From NCBI GenBank assembly GCA_016840085.1, contig JAEOTA010000022.1, forward strand, positions 64,001-128,000: DNA of 64,000 bases. Direction: 5' to 3'. This stretch comes from Promethearchaeota archaeon (lineage in GTDB: Archaea; Asgardarchaeota; Lokiarchaeia; Sigyniarchaeales; SOKP01). Shown in pieces: positions 52,427-61,929 of this stretch (position 1 is the stretch's first letter; each line of letters starts with the position of its first letter). The notes under the pieces are model-generated. The model was not told where the DNA came from. It saw only the letters and a program-made list of their open reading frames with translations, and did not search any database. The position numbers were made by a program, and so were the translations under genes.

Positions 52427-53389
52427 TTATTTTAATAATAGATAATCATTTAAAAGAACCCTAATATTTTGATTAAAATCATTTAGATTAATTTTTTTAG
52501 CAATATCGTTATAACGCAAATCTAAATACTCAAGGTTCGTTAGCTTTTTTATATATTCGATGTTCTCTAATTCGCTAATTTTATTATTAGTTAAGATTAG
52601 ATGGGTTAATTTTTCCAAATTAACTAAGTCTTTTATATTTTCAATTTGGTTATTTGAAAGATCAATTTTTGTAAGATTGTGTAAATACTTTAAACCAATC
52701 ACTTCTGATAATGATTTTATATCATTTTTCCATCCCCAAGGAGTTCCTTTTACATCGTATTCAAGAAAATCTGACAAATCTAATTCTTTTACTAATCCAT
52801 TTTGAGAATCTAATTCATAAAAGGCGTTAGGAAACAGTTTAGTTAAATGTTTAACAATAAAAAAATTAATTAAAATTTCAGACAATTCCTCATTGGTAAA
52901 ATATTCGAATTTCTTTATTTTTAACAATTTCTTAATAACTTTTTTAAATCTTTTATTCTCAATTCTTCTTTCTTTATTTATGTATTTGATTTTTGTAATC
53001 TTCTTTACTTCATTAAATAGAATCAATTTAGATTCATGATTATTAATTTTCTTCAAAATGTTGATTATTGTAATTAAACAGGTAAAATCAGACTCATGGG
53101 TAATAACCCATTTCAAAGGCGTTAACGCCTTATTTAAGAATCTTTTTTCTATGAATTTTGCAGCAATATTTCTTATGTTTTTATTTGAATCAGATATGAG
53201 TATATTCTCTAAAATCGTAAAGAGTTTATTATTATATATGCCAATTTTATCTAGAATTATGATAGCATCTATTCTAAGATTCTCATTTTCACTGTTTTCT
53301 ATAAAAGAGATTAAATGTTCATAAGCAGTGAACTTATTTATATTCTTATTTGTAAAAAGTTCAAAAATCTTATCTGGAGTTAAATTCAT
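52427..53389 (-). CDS. HEAT-repeat plus leucine-rich-repeat protein
   Basis: ENLRIDAIIILDKI...LENILISDSNKNIRNIAA (HEAT); LTKIDLSNNQI, LTHLILTNNKI, LEYLDLRYNDI (LRR). Confidence 0.85.
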   Translation of the reverse strand: MNLTPDKIFELFTNKNINKFTAYEHLISFIENSENENLRIDAIIILDKIGIYNNKLFTILENILISDSNKNIRNIAAKFIEKRFLNKALTPLKWVITHESDFTCLITIINILKKINNHESKLILFNEVKKITKIKYINKERRIENKRFKKVIKKLLKIKKFEYFTNEELSEILINFFIVKHLTKLFPNAFYELDSQNGLVKELDLSDFLEYDVKGTPWGWKNDIKSLSEVIGLKYLHNLTKIDLSNNQIENIKDLVNLEKLTHLILTNNKISELENIEYIKKLTNLEYLDLRYNDIAKKINLNDFNQNIRVLLNDYLLLK

Positions 53390-53390
53390 T

Positions 53391-55862
53391 TTAGTAATTA
53401 AGATTAATGGTTACTTGAATTTTATCTTTAAATTTTACAAAAATTTTCCAAATATTTTCGCTTATATTTATTTTAGTATAATTAAAATTGGATTCTATAA
53501 TTTCTTTATTTTTTGGAAGTTTTAGAATTAAGTTTCCTTCTCTTTCACCCATTAATCCTATTTGAATTAGTAATCTATTCAATTCCTCATCAAATTCAAA
53601 ATTTTTTATTTCACAACATCCTTGGGTAATATGCAAATTAGTAGAAAGAAGAATAGGTGAAATATTTGAGTTTTTAGTTAAAGGAATTATAGTTAAATAT
53701 TTGCAAGAATGGGCTTTAATTTCTTTTAACTCAAAAATATCACTTTTTTTGTATTTCCCTAAAAGAATTTCATTCCAAAAATCGAATACATAAAATTCTT
53801 TATTATTATCAGTAAGAGTGGGAATCAATTCAGAAATTTTAACTATTTTTGAAGTTAAATGGTTTTCCCAGTTTATAATAGCCGCTAAATATCTTTTTCC
53901 TATAACTTCTTCTGTTTCGAGCATGTAAATTGATGGAAATTTTGAGATAAATGTGTCAACAGGAATAGGACTATAATCTTCCGGATTATAAGGGGGTATT
54001 AAGAGTTTTGCATCGTCAATTTCTTCCTTAGATAATTTTGTCATGTCATCTGATATTAATATTTGCCCCCCAGATAACCCAAAAATAGTCATTTGCAATT
54101 TAATTTCATCAAGGGTTAATTTTGTATGACTTCGTCTTATCATTAAACAATCTGGATCATTTATCCAAAAATGATTATGCATAAATGACCGATATAACGT
54201 GTTTAAAAGAGCTGCTTTTAAAGAGATTTCGGATAATTCACTTTCATCGATAGGACCAGCATCCCAAATCGGAGCAGTATCACAGCTTATACGCATAGCG
54301 TCAACTAATCCCACACAAGGTCCTAATGGAGCTCCACATCCTAGTAAAAATGTATCATTAGTTATTGCTTTTCTTATTAGTTTTACGCCATTATATAATA
54401 TTTGTGCTCTTGTTAAATTTGATTTTTTATAGTCTGCCCCATAAGGGACAGCAGCGTGAAGAAAATCGATCTTAATAAAATCTATTAAGGCTTCATTTTT
54501 TTTTTTAATATTTTTTTCATTTGCGTTTAAGAGATTCCTAAAATATTCACTGAGATAATGAAGTACATCTTCATTCGATAAATCAAGACTGTATTCAAAT
54601 GATCTCCAATTGAATAGTACTGGCAATAATTTATCTGCTTTTGTTAAGAACCAATTTTTATGATTTTTGAATAAATTAGATCTTTTTATTGCTATAAAAG
54701 GTGCTGTCCAGATACCTCCTTTAAATCCATATTTTTTTATATTTGTGAATAACCATGGTAATCCATCAGGAAATTTTTCATTTATCTCGGTAAAATCACC
54801 GATTTTAGTAAAATATCCATCATCTAATTGGATAAAATCAATAGGTAAGTCTCTATGGTCATTAAAAAATTCCAAATTCTTGATCAATTCTTCCTGTGTA
54901 ATTTTTGTGAAATAATAATACCAGCTACACCAACCTATAGGAATCTTGTTAATACGAGGGTTTTTTATATACAAATTAACGATTTCAGCATACTCAATTA
55001 ATCCATAATATCCTTTATTTAACTCTTTAAAACAGATAAATAATTCTTCTGAAGAATCAATCTTAGTCTCATTAAGTTTAACATTATCCATAAAACCAAA
55101 TGCAGTTAATAATTTCAATTCATTATCATTGTCATAATCAAGAATGATTCTTGAAAATTGGTCTTTTAGGGTAACAAATCCTAAGATTAAAGAATTGTTA
55201 GAATCTAAATCTGTGATTACGGTACAACACTCACTATAAAATCTTCCTGTAATTTTGTAATCTTGGTTGTCATATATCAAATTTAATACTTCTATCTGTG
55301 ATCCTTTAACATCTTTCTCTCTTCCGAAGAAAACTTTACATGGGCTCCAACTTTGCCAGCCATTTTTAAACCAAGTTATATTATTTAGATTGGTAGGAAT
55401 AGTTTTACCTGATAAATATAAAGAGCTATTTTCTATTCTTAGGGGAGATATACTATGTACCGATAATTGATTTTGCTTTGGATCTCGAATATTTATTATT
55501 TTAATCAATATAAAATCGCTTTTTTCATATATCTTAAACTGAATCTCAAATGAAATTTCTTGATTTCTATTTTGTTCAAATAAAAAAACAATTCTTAATC
55601 CTTGTCCAATAATATCATCAATGGTTTGAGTTTTACTATTAAAATTATTATTATAAGAAGAAATTTCAAACAAATTTTCTGTATTTTTTTCATTAAAATT
55701 TATCACAGAAAAACAATCTTTGAGTAAACATTGTGATGATTTTTTTCCTTCCAAATAAATCTCAAATTTTCCTTGAATTTCACCTTTCTTATAAAATTTT
55801 AATCCTATTACCCCATTTGTAACCTGAAATATTTCTGCATTGTCTTTTAATATTTCTATCAT
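53391..55862 (-). CDS. Alpha-galactosidase, GH36
   Basis: NGWQSWS, GWCSWYYYF, IQLDDGY, KFPDG, GIWTAPF, KIDFL, GCGAP, MRISCD, NDPDCL. Confidence 0.9.
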   Translation of the reverse strand: MIEILKDNAEIFQVTNGVIGLKFYKKGEIQGKFEIYLEGKKSSQCLLKDCFSVINFNEKNTENLFEISSYNNNFNSKTQTIDDIIGQGLRIVFLFEQNRNQEISFEIQFKIYEKSDFILIKIINIRDPKQNQLSVHSISPLRIENSSLYLSGKTIPTNLNNITWFKNGWQSWSPCKVFFGREKDVKGSQIEVLNLIYDNQDYKITGRFYSECCTVITDLDSNNSLILGFVTLKDQFSRIILDYDNDNELKLLTAFGFMDNVKLNETKIDSSEELFICFKELNKGYYGLIEYAEIVNLYIKNPRINKIPIGWCSWYYYFTKITQEELIKNLEFFNDHRDLPIDFIQLDDGYFTKIGDFTEINEKFPDGLPWLFTNIKKYGFKGGIWTAPFIAIKRSNLFKNHKNWFLTKADKLLPVLFNWRSFEYSLDLSNEDVLHYLSEYFRNLLNANEKNIKKKNEALIDFIKIDFLHAAVPYGADYKKSNLTRAQILYNGVKLIRKAITNDTFLLGCGAPLGPCVGLVDAMRISCDTAPIWDAGPIDESELSEISLKAALLNTLYRSFMHNHFWINDPDCLMIRRSHTKLTLDEIKLQMTIFGLSGGQILISDDMTKLSKEEIDDAKLLIPPYNPEDYSPIPVDTFISKFPSIYMLETEEVIGKRYLAAIINWENHLTSKIVKISELIPTLTDNNKEFYVFDFWNEILLGKYKKSDIFELKEIKAHSCKYLTIIPLTKNSNISPILLSTNLHITQGCCEIKNFEFDEELNRLLIQIGLMGEREGNLILKLPKNKEIIESNFNYTKINISENIWKIFVKFKDKIQVTINLNY

Positions 55863-55957
55863 AATTTAACCTTATTATTTGGAAATTATTCATAATTAAA
55901 TAATAGTAAAAAATATAGTAATAAATACAAAAAAAGCATAGTTTTAATTTAAATTAT

Positions 55958-57151
55958 CTAATCAAACTTAAAAGGAGGAAATTTCCTTCGTTTCTCAAAT
56001 TTTTTTTCTAAAGTAGATTTTAATTCATTAAAAGGTTTTAAATTTCCTGAAAAAACCGTCTTTGTAACCTTATTAATAGGCTCCAATAACTGTTCAACTT
56101 GTTTTATCTTCTCTAAATTGCCTTCTGATAATAAAGATAAAAAATAATCATTCTGATATTTTTTAAAGGTTAGAAATCGATAATTTTGAAATCCTAGTTT
56201 TACAGCAATCCATCGAGGAATAGCACGAGTATTACCTTGAGTATTTGCAGCTATCGCTTCAATTTTTGCTGTAAGCATTGACTCTTTCATTTCTTTTTCT
56301 TCTTCAGGACTTTCGAATTCTCCAGGAAATTCTATATTAAGCTCATCTCCTAATAAGAGAGATATAACACCAATTGACATGGAGGATAATCCCAAATAAT
56401 CAATTCGGATAGAATCTTCTACATATGAAAAATCTTGATCTGTAAATACTTCTTGCAATTTATTTGCATATTCATTTAAAATAAAATGGGCTCTTTTTTT
56501 GAATTCTAACTCGATTTCATATTTTTCAAGTTTGTTTAATTGATCAACATCCTTATCTCCTAATAATTCAGAGAAATTGTTTGACATCTGTTCAAGAAGC
56601 CATTTACCTTTCTTATCAGGAAATCTACCGTATACAAGATATATGATTTTATCTTTAACATAAAATTGGCATTTTTCCTCTATATTATTTTCCTCAGATA
56701 TTAGAAGCATCTTATCAAGTTCTCCACCTAATATGCTTGTAGCTATAGAGTCTAAATTATTTGAAAGCTCTAATAAATAAATTAATTTATCATTACTGCA
56801 GAAAAGTTGAGTTCTCTCAAGTGATGTTATACCAAGTAATTTTACATATTCTTCTTTTTTTAATTCAATTTTATCTCTATCTAAGGATATACCCAATTGG
56901 TTATCTTTCTTAATTTTTACTTTACTCTTTAGTTTCGAAGATAATGTTGTAGTCTTTGTTTCAAACTGCTTTGGTTCAGATCTTCCTTGTTTTTCTGTAG
57001 TTATATCAAATAATTCAGGTAAGAATTTACGACATTGAGGACACATTTGATCTTTAGGAAAAGGTTTTATAACTTTATATCCACAGTATTGACATTGAAC
57101 TAAATTCTTAGGTTTATTGGGTGGAGATGAAGTATTTGGAATTCTTACCAA
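55958..57151 (-). CDS. Zinc ribbon plus two putative longin/roadblock-like domains
   Basis: CQYC...CPQC, followed by two alpha/beta units with longin-like strand/helix periodicity (fold inferred). Confidence 0.5.
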   Translation of the reverse strand: MVRIPNTSSPPNKPKNLVQCQYCGYKVIKPFPKDQMCPQCRKFLPELFDITTEKQGRSEPKQFETKTTTLSSKLKSKVKIKKDNQLGISLDRDKIELKKEEYVKLLGITSLERTQLFCSNDKLIYLLELSNNLDSIATSILGGELDKMLLISEENNIEEKCQFYVKDKIIYLVYGRFPDKKGKWLLEQMSNNFSELLGDKDVDQLNKLEKYEIELEFKKRAHFILNEYANKLQEVFTDQDFSYVEDSIRIDYLGLSSMSIGVISLLLGDELNIEFPGEFESPEEEKEMKESMLTAKIEAIAANTQGNTRAIPRWIAVKLGFQNYRFLTFKKYQNDYFLSLLSEGNLEKIKQVEQLLEPINKVTKTVFSGNLKPFNELKSTLEKKFEKRRKFPPFKFD

Positions 57152-57207
57152 CTCACCATAGATTCAATAGTAATTAAACAAAATTTTAAATATTATAATT
57201 TTTGTAA

Positions 57208-58305
57208 TTATAAATATTTATTAGCAATTTCCTTAAAAGCGTCCAAAAACTTATCATTATCTTCTTCTGTCCCGATAGTTACTCTAATGTAATTATAAAG
57301 ACCAGGTTTGCTAAAATGTCTTATTAATATCTTCATTTCCCTTAAATCCCAAACAAATTTTAAAGTTTTAGACTTATCCTCAAATTTTATAAATATAAAA
57401 TTGGCATCAGAAGACAAAACGCTTACTCCGTTAAATTTATCTAGTTTATCACTCAATCTTTGTCTTTCCGATATAATTTTCTTATTTTGTTCAAAAATCT
57501 TGTTATTATGCTTAATACAAGATAATGCTGCAATTTGACCTAGGTAATTTGTGTTATAAGGTAATTTAACTCTATTCATTTCTTTAATTATCTCTGGATC
57601 AGCTAAAGCGAAACCAATCCTTAATGAAGCAAGTGAAAAACTTTTTGAAAATGACCGATTCACAATAATATTTTTTGCTTTTTTTAATAAAGATAAACAG
57701 GTTTGGTTAGAAAAATCAGCATAAGCTTCGTCAACTACCACTATTCCAGGAAAACTTCCACATAATTTAAGAATAGTTGCGTTCCCAAATGATTTTCCGT
57801 TAGGATTATTTGGAGAATTAATAAACATTAATTTTCCCTTTACAGAATAAGCAGAATCAGGTATGGAAAAGTCTTCATTTAGAGGGATTTCCTTAATTTT
57901 TGCATTGTAAAGCGTTCCTAAGACTTTATATAATCCATATGATGGATAAAAAATAATAATTTCATCACCGGGATCAATAAAAACTTTAAAAATGATGTCT
58001 AAAATCTCATCTGAACCATTTCCGATAAATATTGAATTTCTATTTGTAAGCGTATCTTTATCTCTTAGTAGTACATTAAGAATTTCTTTGCGAAGTTCAA
58101 ATGAAGTAGGATCAGGGTAAAGTCTAAGTTTATCATTTATGGCTTTTTTAATATCTTCTAAAATTTCTGGTATTGGTGGATATGGATTCTCATTTGTATT
58201 TAATTTAGTCCATCCTTCTTCAGTTGGCTGTTCTCCAGGTTCATAAGATGTGAATTTTTTGAGATTTTCTCTCAATAATACATTTAAGTCCATTTTATAT
58301 ACCAT
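57208..58305 (-). CDS. hisC: Histidinol-phosphate aminotransferase
   Basis: KLNTNENPYP, YPDP, GNGSDE, SPNNPNG, VDEAY, RSFSKSFSLASLRIG. Confidence 0.95.
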   Translation of the reverse strand: MVYKMDLNVLLRENLKKFTSYEPGEQPTEEGWTKLNTNENPYPPIPEILEDIKKAINDKLRLYPDPTSFELRKEILNVLLRDKDTLTNRNSIFIGNGSDEILDIIFKVFIDPGDEIIIFYPSYGLYKVLGTLYNAKIKEIPLNEDFSIPDSAYSVKGKLMFINSPNNPNGKSFGNATILKLCGSFPGIVVVDEAYADFSNQTCLSLLKKAKNIIVNRSFSKSFSLASLRIGFALADPEIIKEMNRVKLPYNTNYLGQIAALSCIKHNNKIFEQNKKIISERQRLSDKLDKFNGVSVLSSDANFIFIKFEDKSKTLKFVWDLREMKILIRHFSKPGLYNYIRVTIGTEEDNDKFLDAFKEIANKYL

Positions 58306-58382
58306 CTACTTTTTTTACCGATATTGAACATTTGGTATAGATTTCTAAAAAATTTTATGTAAAAATTAAATTTTAATATAAT

Positions 58383-59696
58383 TTAATTCTTATTTTCTAA
58401 TCTTTTTTCTATAGATTTTTTATGGGCAGGTAAACCCTCAAAATCAGCTATAATAGAAGAAGATTTACTCAGTGTTTTTAAACCATCTATATCACAATCT
58501 AAAACTTCAATTATCTTTAAAAAATCATATAAATTCAATCCCGAATATTTTGCAGCATTACCCCCTGTAGGTAATACGTGATTTGTTCCTGCGGAATAAT
58601 CTCCTAATGATACGGGTGTATTCGGCCCAATAAATATAGCACCCGCATTTATTATTTTTGGTACTATATTTTTAGGATTTTTAATCATAATTTCAAGATG
58701 TTCTGGTGCAATTAAATTACAAAGCCTAATACAGTCATCTATATCTTTCGCTTCTATAATGAGAGTGTTATTTCTTAAAGCTATTTTGATTATATCTCTC
58801 CTCTCTGATTTTTCTAGGTATGGTTCTATATTATTCATGATATTTTGAATTAAATCTGTAGATGTTGATATTATTATTCCCACATTGTCAGAGTCATGTT
58901 CGATTTGAGAAAGTAAATCTACAATGACAAGGTTATAATCAGCAGAATTATCAGCAATTATTAAAATTTCACTTGGACCTGCTGGAGTATCAATAGCTAC
59001 AGTATTAGATAAGATTTGTTTTGCTGCATTCACCCATTTGTTTCCTGGACCTACAATTTTCTGAACTTTGGGAATTGTATTTGTGCCCAATGCCATCGCA
59101 GCTATTGCTTGAGCGCCTCCTATCTTATATATATCATTAATATTAAATTCACTCGCAGCCACAATAATTTCAGGTGCGATTTTTTTATTCGATTGAGGTG
59201 GTGAACATATAATAATTTCTTTTACACCTGCTACATATGCTGGAGCTGCTGTCATTAGGACTGTACTGGGATATATAGCTCTACCACCGGGAATATAAAT
59301 TCCAATTCTTTCCAAAGGCCGATATATTTGTCCCGCATTTACTCCTTTTTCTATTTTTATCATCCACTCTTTTCTCATCTGAGCTCGCTGAAATTTTATT
59401 AAATTCTTTTTTGCGTATTGTAATGCTTTCAATAAAGTCCTATCTATTATATTATAAGCATCGGAAATCTCTTCTTGAGTAACTTTAATTTCTGATTCAA
59501 ATAATTCTACACCATCAAATTTTTTTGTAAATTCAAGAATTGCTTTATCCCCATTTTTGTTAACTTCTGCAATAATACCTACTACAGATTCTCTAATAGA
59601 TTCAATTTGAAGAAAATTTCGAGGAATAAATTCAGATAAATTATTTTCATTTATTTCATCTGATTTCACTATTCTCAGAGTATTTATAGAAATCAC
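58383..59696 (-). CDS. hisD: Histidinol dehydrogenase
   Basis: GIYIPGG, YPSTVLM, GGAQAIAA, GPGNKWV, AGPSE, SQIEH, APEHL, GDYSAGTNHVLPT. Confidence 0.96.
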   Translation of the reverse strand: MISINTLRIVKSDEINENNLSEFIPRNFLQIESIRESVVGIIAEVNKNGDKAILEFTKKFDGVELFESEIKVTQEEISDAYNIIDRTLLKALQYAKKNLIKFQRAQMRKEWMIKIEKGVNAGQIYRPLERIGIYIPGGRAIYPSTVLMTAAPAYVAGVKEIIICSPPQSNKKIAPEIIVAASEFNINDIYKIGGAQAIAAMALGTNTIPKVQKIVGPGNKWVNAAKQILSNTVAIDTPAGPSEILIIADNSADYNLVIVDLLSQIEHDSDNVGIIISTSTDLIQNIMNNIEPYLEKSERRDIIKIALRNNTLIIEAKDIDDCIRLCNLIAPEHLEIMIKNPKNIVPKIINAGAIFIGPNTPVSLGDYSAGTNHVLPTGGNAAKYSGLNLYDFLKIIEVLDCDIDGLKTLSKSSSIIADFEGLPAHKKSIEKRLENKN

Positions 59697-60673
59697 CTAA
59701 TCCCTTCCAATGGAAGTATTTGTCTTGGTTCATGAACAACCAAACCTTGTGCATATTTCCTTAGCAAAGGAATTAAACTTAAAAATTCCTTCTTTTTGAT
59801 TATTGTATTTATTGCAAACCAATCAACTTCACCAGCTAATTTTGAAACAGTTGGGCGTTTTAAAGCAGGAAGTTCTTCTAAAATTTTATTTAAATTTTCT
59901 TTCTTTACATTCATAAATATATGAAGCTTCTTTGATGCTTCTATAACACCCTTTAAAAGAACTAGAATATCCATTATTTTTTCTCTTTTCCATTCATTTT
60001 TTAAAGCATTTTTGTTTGCTATTAACACCGCAGTAGAAGTATCAATTATACCTATGATTTTTAAATTATTTGCTTCCAATGTAGAACCTGTTGATGTATT
60101 ATCAATTATAACATCAACTTCTTCAGGGGGTTTCGCTTCTGTTGCTCCAAATGATAAGAAAATTTTAACTTCCTTATTATCACCCCAATATTTCCAAGGA
60201 GTGATAACTAAAGGTGCTTTTTTACCATATAGTTTTTGATAAGTTCCATTATTTTTTAAATAGTTCATTGATAATGTTAAATATTCAGTTGAAATCCTTA
60301 ATGTTTTATTTTCAGCAGAAAATTTTAGCAGAATATCGTCAAGGGATGTAATATTATCCCAATTTTTTGGAACACATAAGACAATTGAAACAGCACCTAT
60401 TTCTAAATCCAATAAAATTTCTACATTTGCGTTTGTTTCTTTGATCCAATCCCTCCCTGAAATTCCTAAGTCAAATTGATTTTCACCTATCAAGTAATTT
60501 GGTATCTCTTGAGGCCTTAATAGTTTAAGATATATTTCAGGATCACCTACAGAAGGTCTATAATCTCGTTTTGATCCAAAAGACAATTTTAATCCTGCTC
60601 TTTCAAAAAAAGAAGATATCTCTTCTTGTAGACTTCCTTTTGGAATTGATATTTTCAATACTTTTTCTTTCAT
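59693..60673 (-). CDS. hisG: ATP phosphoribosyltransferase (long form)
   Basis: IPKGSL, RPQEIP, DLGISGRDW, SFGATEAKPP, IIDNTSTGSTLEANNL; C-terminal regulatory domain (PTVSKL). Confidence 0.95.
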   Translation of the reverse strand: MKEKVLKISIPKGSLQEEISSFFERAGLKLSFGSKRDYRPSVGDPEIYLKLLRPQEIPNYLIGENQFDLGISGRDWIKETNANVEILLDLEIGAVSIVLCVPKNWDNITSLDDILLKFSAENKTLRISTEYLTLSMNYLKNNGTYQKLYGKKAPLVITPWKYWGDNKEVKIFLSFGATEAKPPEEVDVIIDNTSTGSTLEANNLKIIGIIDTSTAVLIANKNALKNEWKREKIMDILVLLKGVIEASKKLHIFMNVKKENLNKILEELPALKRPTVSKLAGEVDWFAINTIIKKKEFLSLIPLLRKYAQGLVVHEPRQILPLEGIR

Positions 60674-60944
60674 TTAAAATCAATAACCCATGTATATTTA
60701 ATAATTTAATCATGCAAAAATTTATAAGATTAAAGTCTACATTCTCAATTTCTGAAATATATATACTGAATTAAATTTCCTATTATGTATAGCTTAAAAT
60801 GATCATAAAAGAGGATTTTTAATTATAGTTAATAGTTTCTTTTAGATTAATCTTTTAAACAAAATATTTTATTATATTATTATTAATATTATGCAGTGAT
60901 AATTTTATTTTATTGAAACAACAAATAATAAATGGTGAACGAGG

Positions 60945-61811
60945 TTGAATCTTGCTCTAATGTTCAATGTTAAACCAGGTGGGGAAATTGAGGCCATAAA
61001 ATGGGGTAAGGATAATTTTTTACCAGATACTTCAATAATCGTATTAGATGAGGGTTCTGAATCATTATATTTATGGCATGGAATTCAGCAAGGATTAGTC
61101 GCTCGAAGAACAGCTCTAAGACAAGCTGAATCACTTAAAGGACATGGTTATACAGTAGGTAAAAGTATTATTGGACGAGATATCAAACAAATAAAAGAAA
61201 TGGATGGAAGAAAGATAGGTAAAGTTCCAGAAGATAGTGCTTTAAATGAAGAACTTCAAGCGTTATTAGATATGAAATTTAGAGAATTAGATAATTTTAT
61301 TGTTACTTTTGAAGCAGGTGCGGTTAAACCTGTAGCTGCAACACAAAAAGGAAAAGTAGAACCAAAAGTTGAAGCTAAGCCTGCTCCAATTCCTGCTCCG
61401 GCTGTTTCAAAGCCAATTGAACCTGTAAAATCAGTTGAACCAAAAAAAGTGGTTTCGCCTGCTAAATCTGTTGAAACAGCTTCTGAATATGAAGAGGCTG
61501 GATCCTTACCATCCATTAAACCTGAATCAAAACCAGCACCTTCTATACACGTTTCAAAAACAAGCTTAACAACTGATGCTAAAGTAGGATTTGTCTTCTC
61601 GGGAATCTTAGAGCATTTTGAGGATATTTGGATTTCAAAGAAAAAAGATAGAAGTTATTCTGTTGAAATGATGGATGGTCCAATCTGCACATTCTCGATA
61701 AAAGAAGGGAGTAAATTAAATTTCACAGCAAATAGTTTCTCGGGAATTGATACGAAAGTCAAAACCGCAATTCAGAAGAAATTTATAGAACTCTCTAAAT
61801 TGTTAGTGTAA
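60945..61811 (+). CDS. Single gelsolin/villin-like domain, Pro/Ala/Lys-rich linker and unknown C-terminal domain
   Basis: FLPDTSIIVLDEGSESLYLWHG...LVARRTALRQAESL fits the gelsolin-domain pattern; linker PKVEAKPAPIPAPAVSKP. Confidence 0.7.
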   Translation: MNLALMFNVKPGGEIEAIKWGKDNFLPDTSIIVLDEGSESLYLWHGIQQGLVARRTALRQAESLKGHGYTVGKSIIGRDIKQIKEMDGRKIGKVPEDSALNEELQALLDMKFRELDNFIVTFEAGAVKPVAATQKGKVEPKVEAKPAPIPAPAVSKPIEPVKSVEPKKVVSPAKSVETASEYEEAGSLPSIKPESKPAPSIHVSKTSLTTDAKVGFVFSGILEHFEDIWISKKKDRSYSVEMMDGPICTFSIKEGSKLNFTANSFSGIDTKVKTAIQKKFIELSKLLV

Positions 61812-61929
61812 TTTTCTAAATGTAATGTATTTTTTTATATACAATTTTTATAATTATCTTTTTTTATATTTATAAGGATGATACTAAAGATATTATTCCT
61901 GTTTTTAAAATACATATAATAATATTCTT

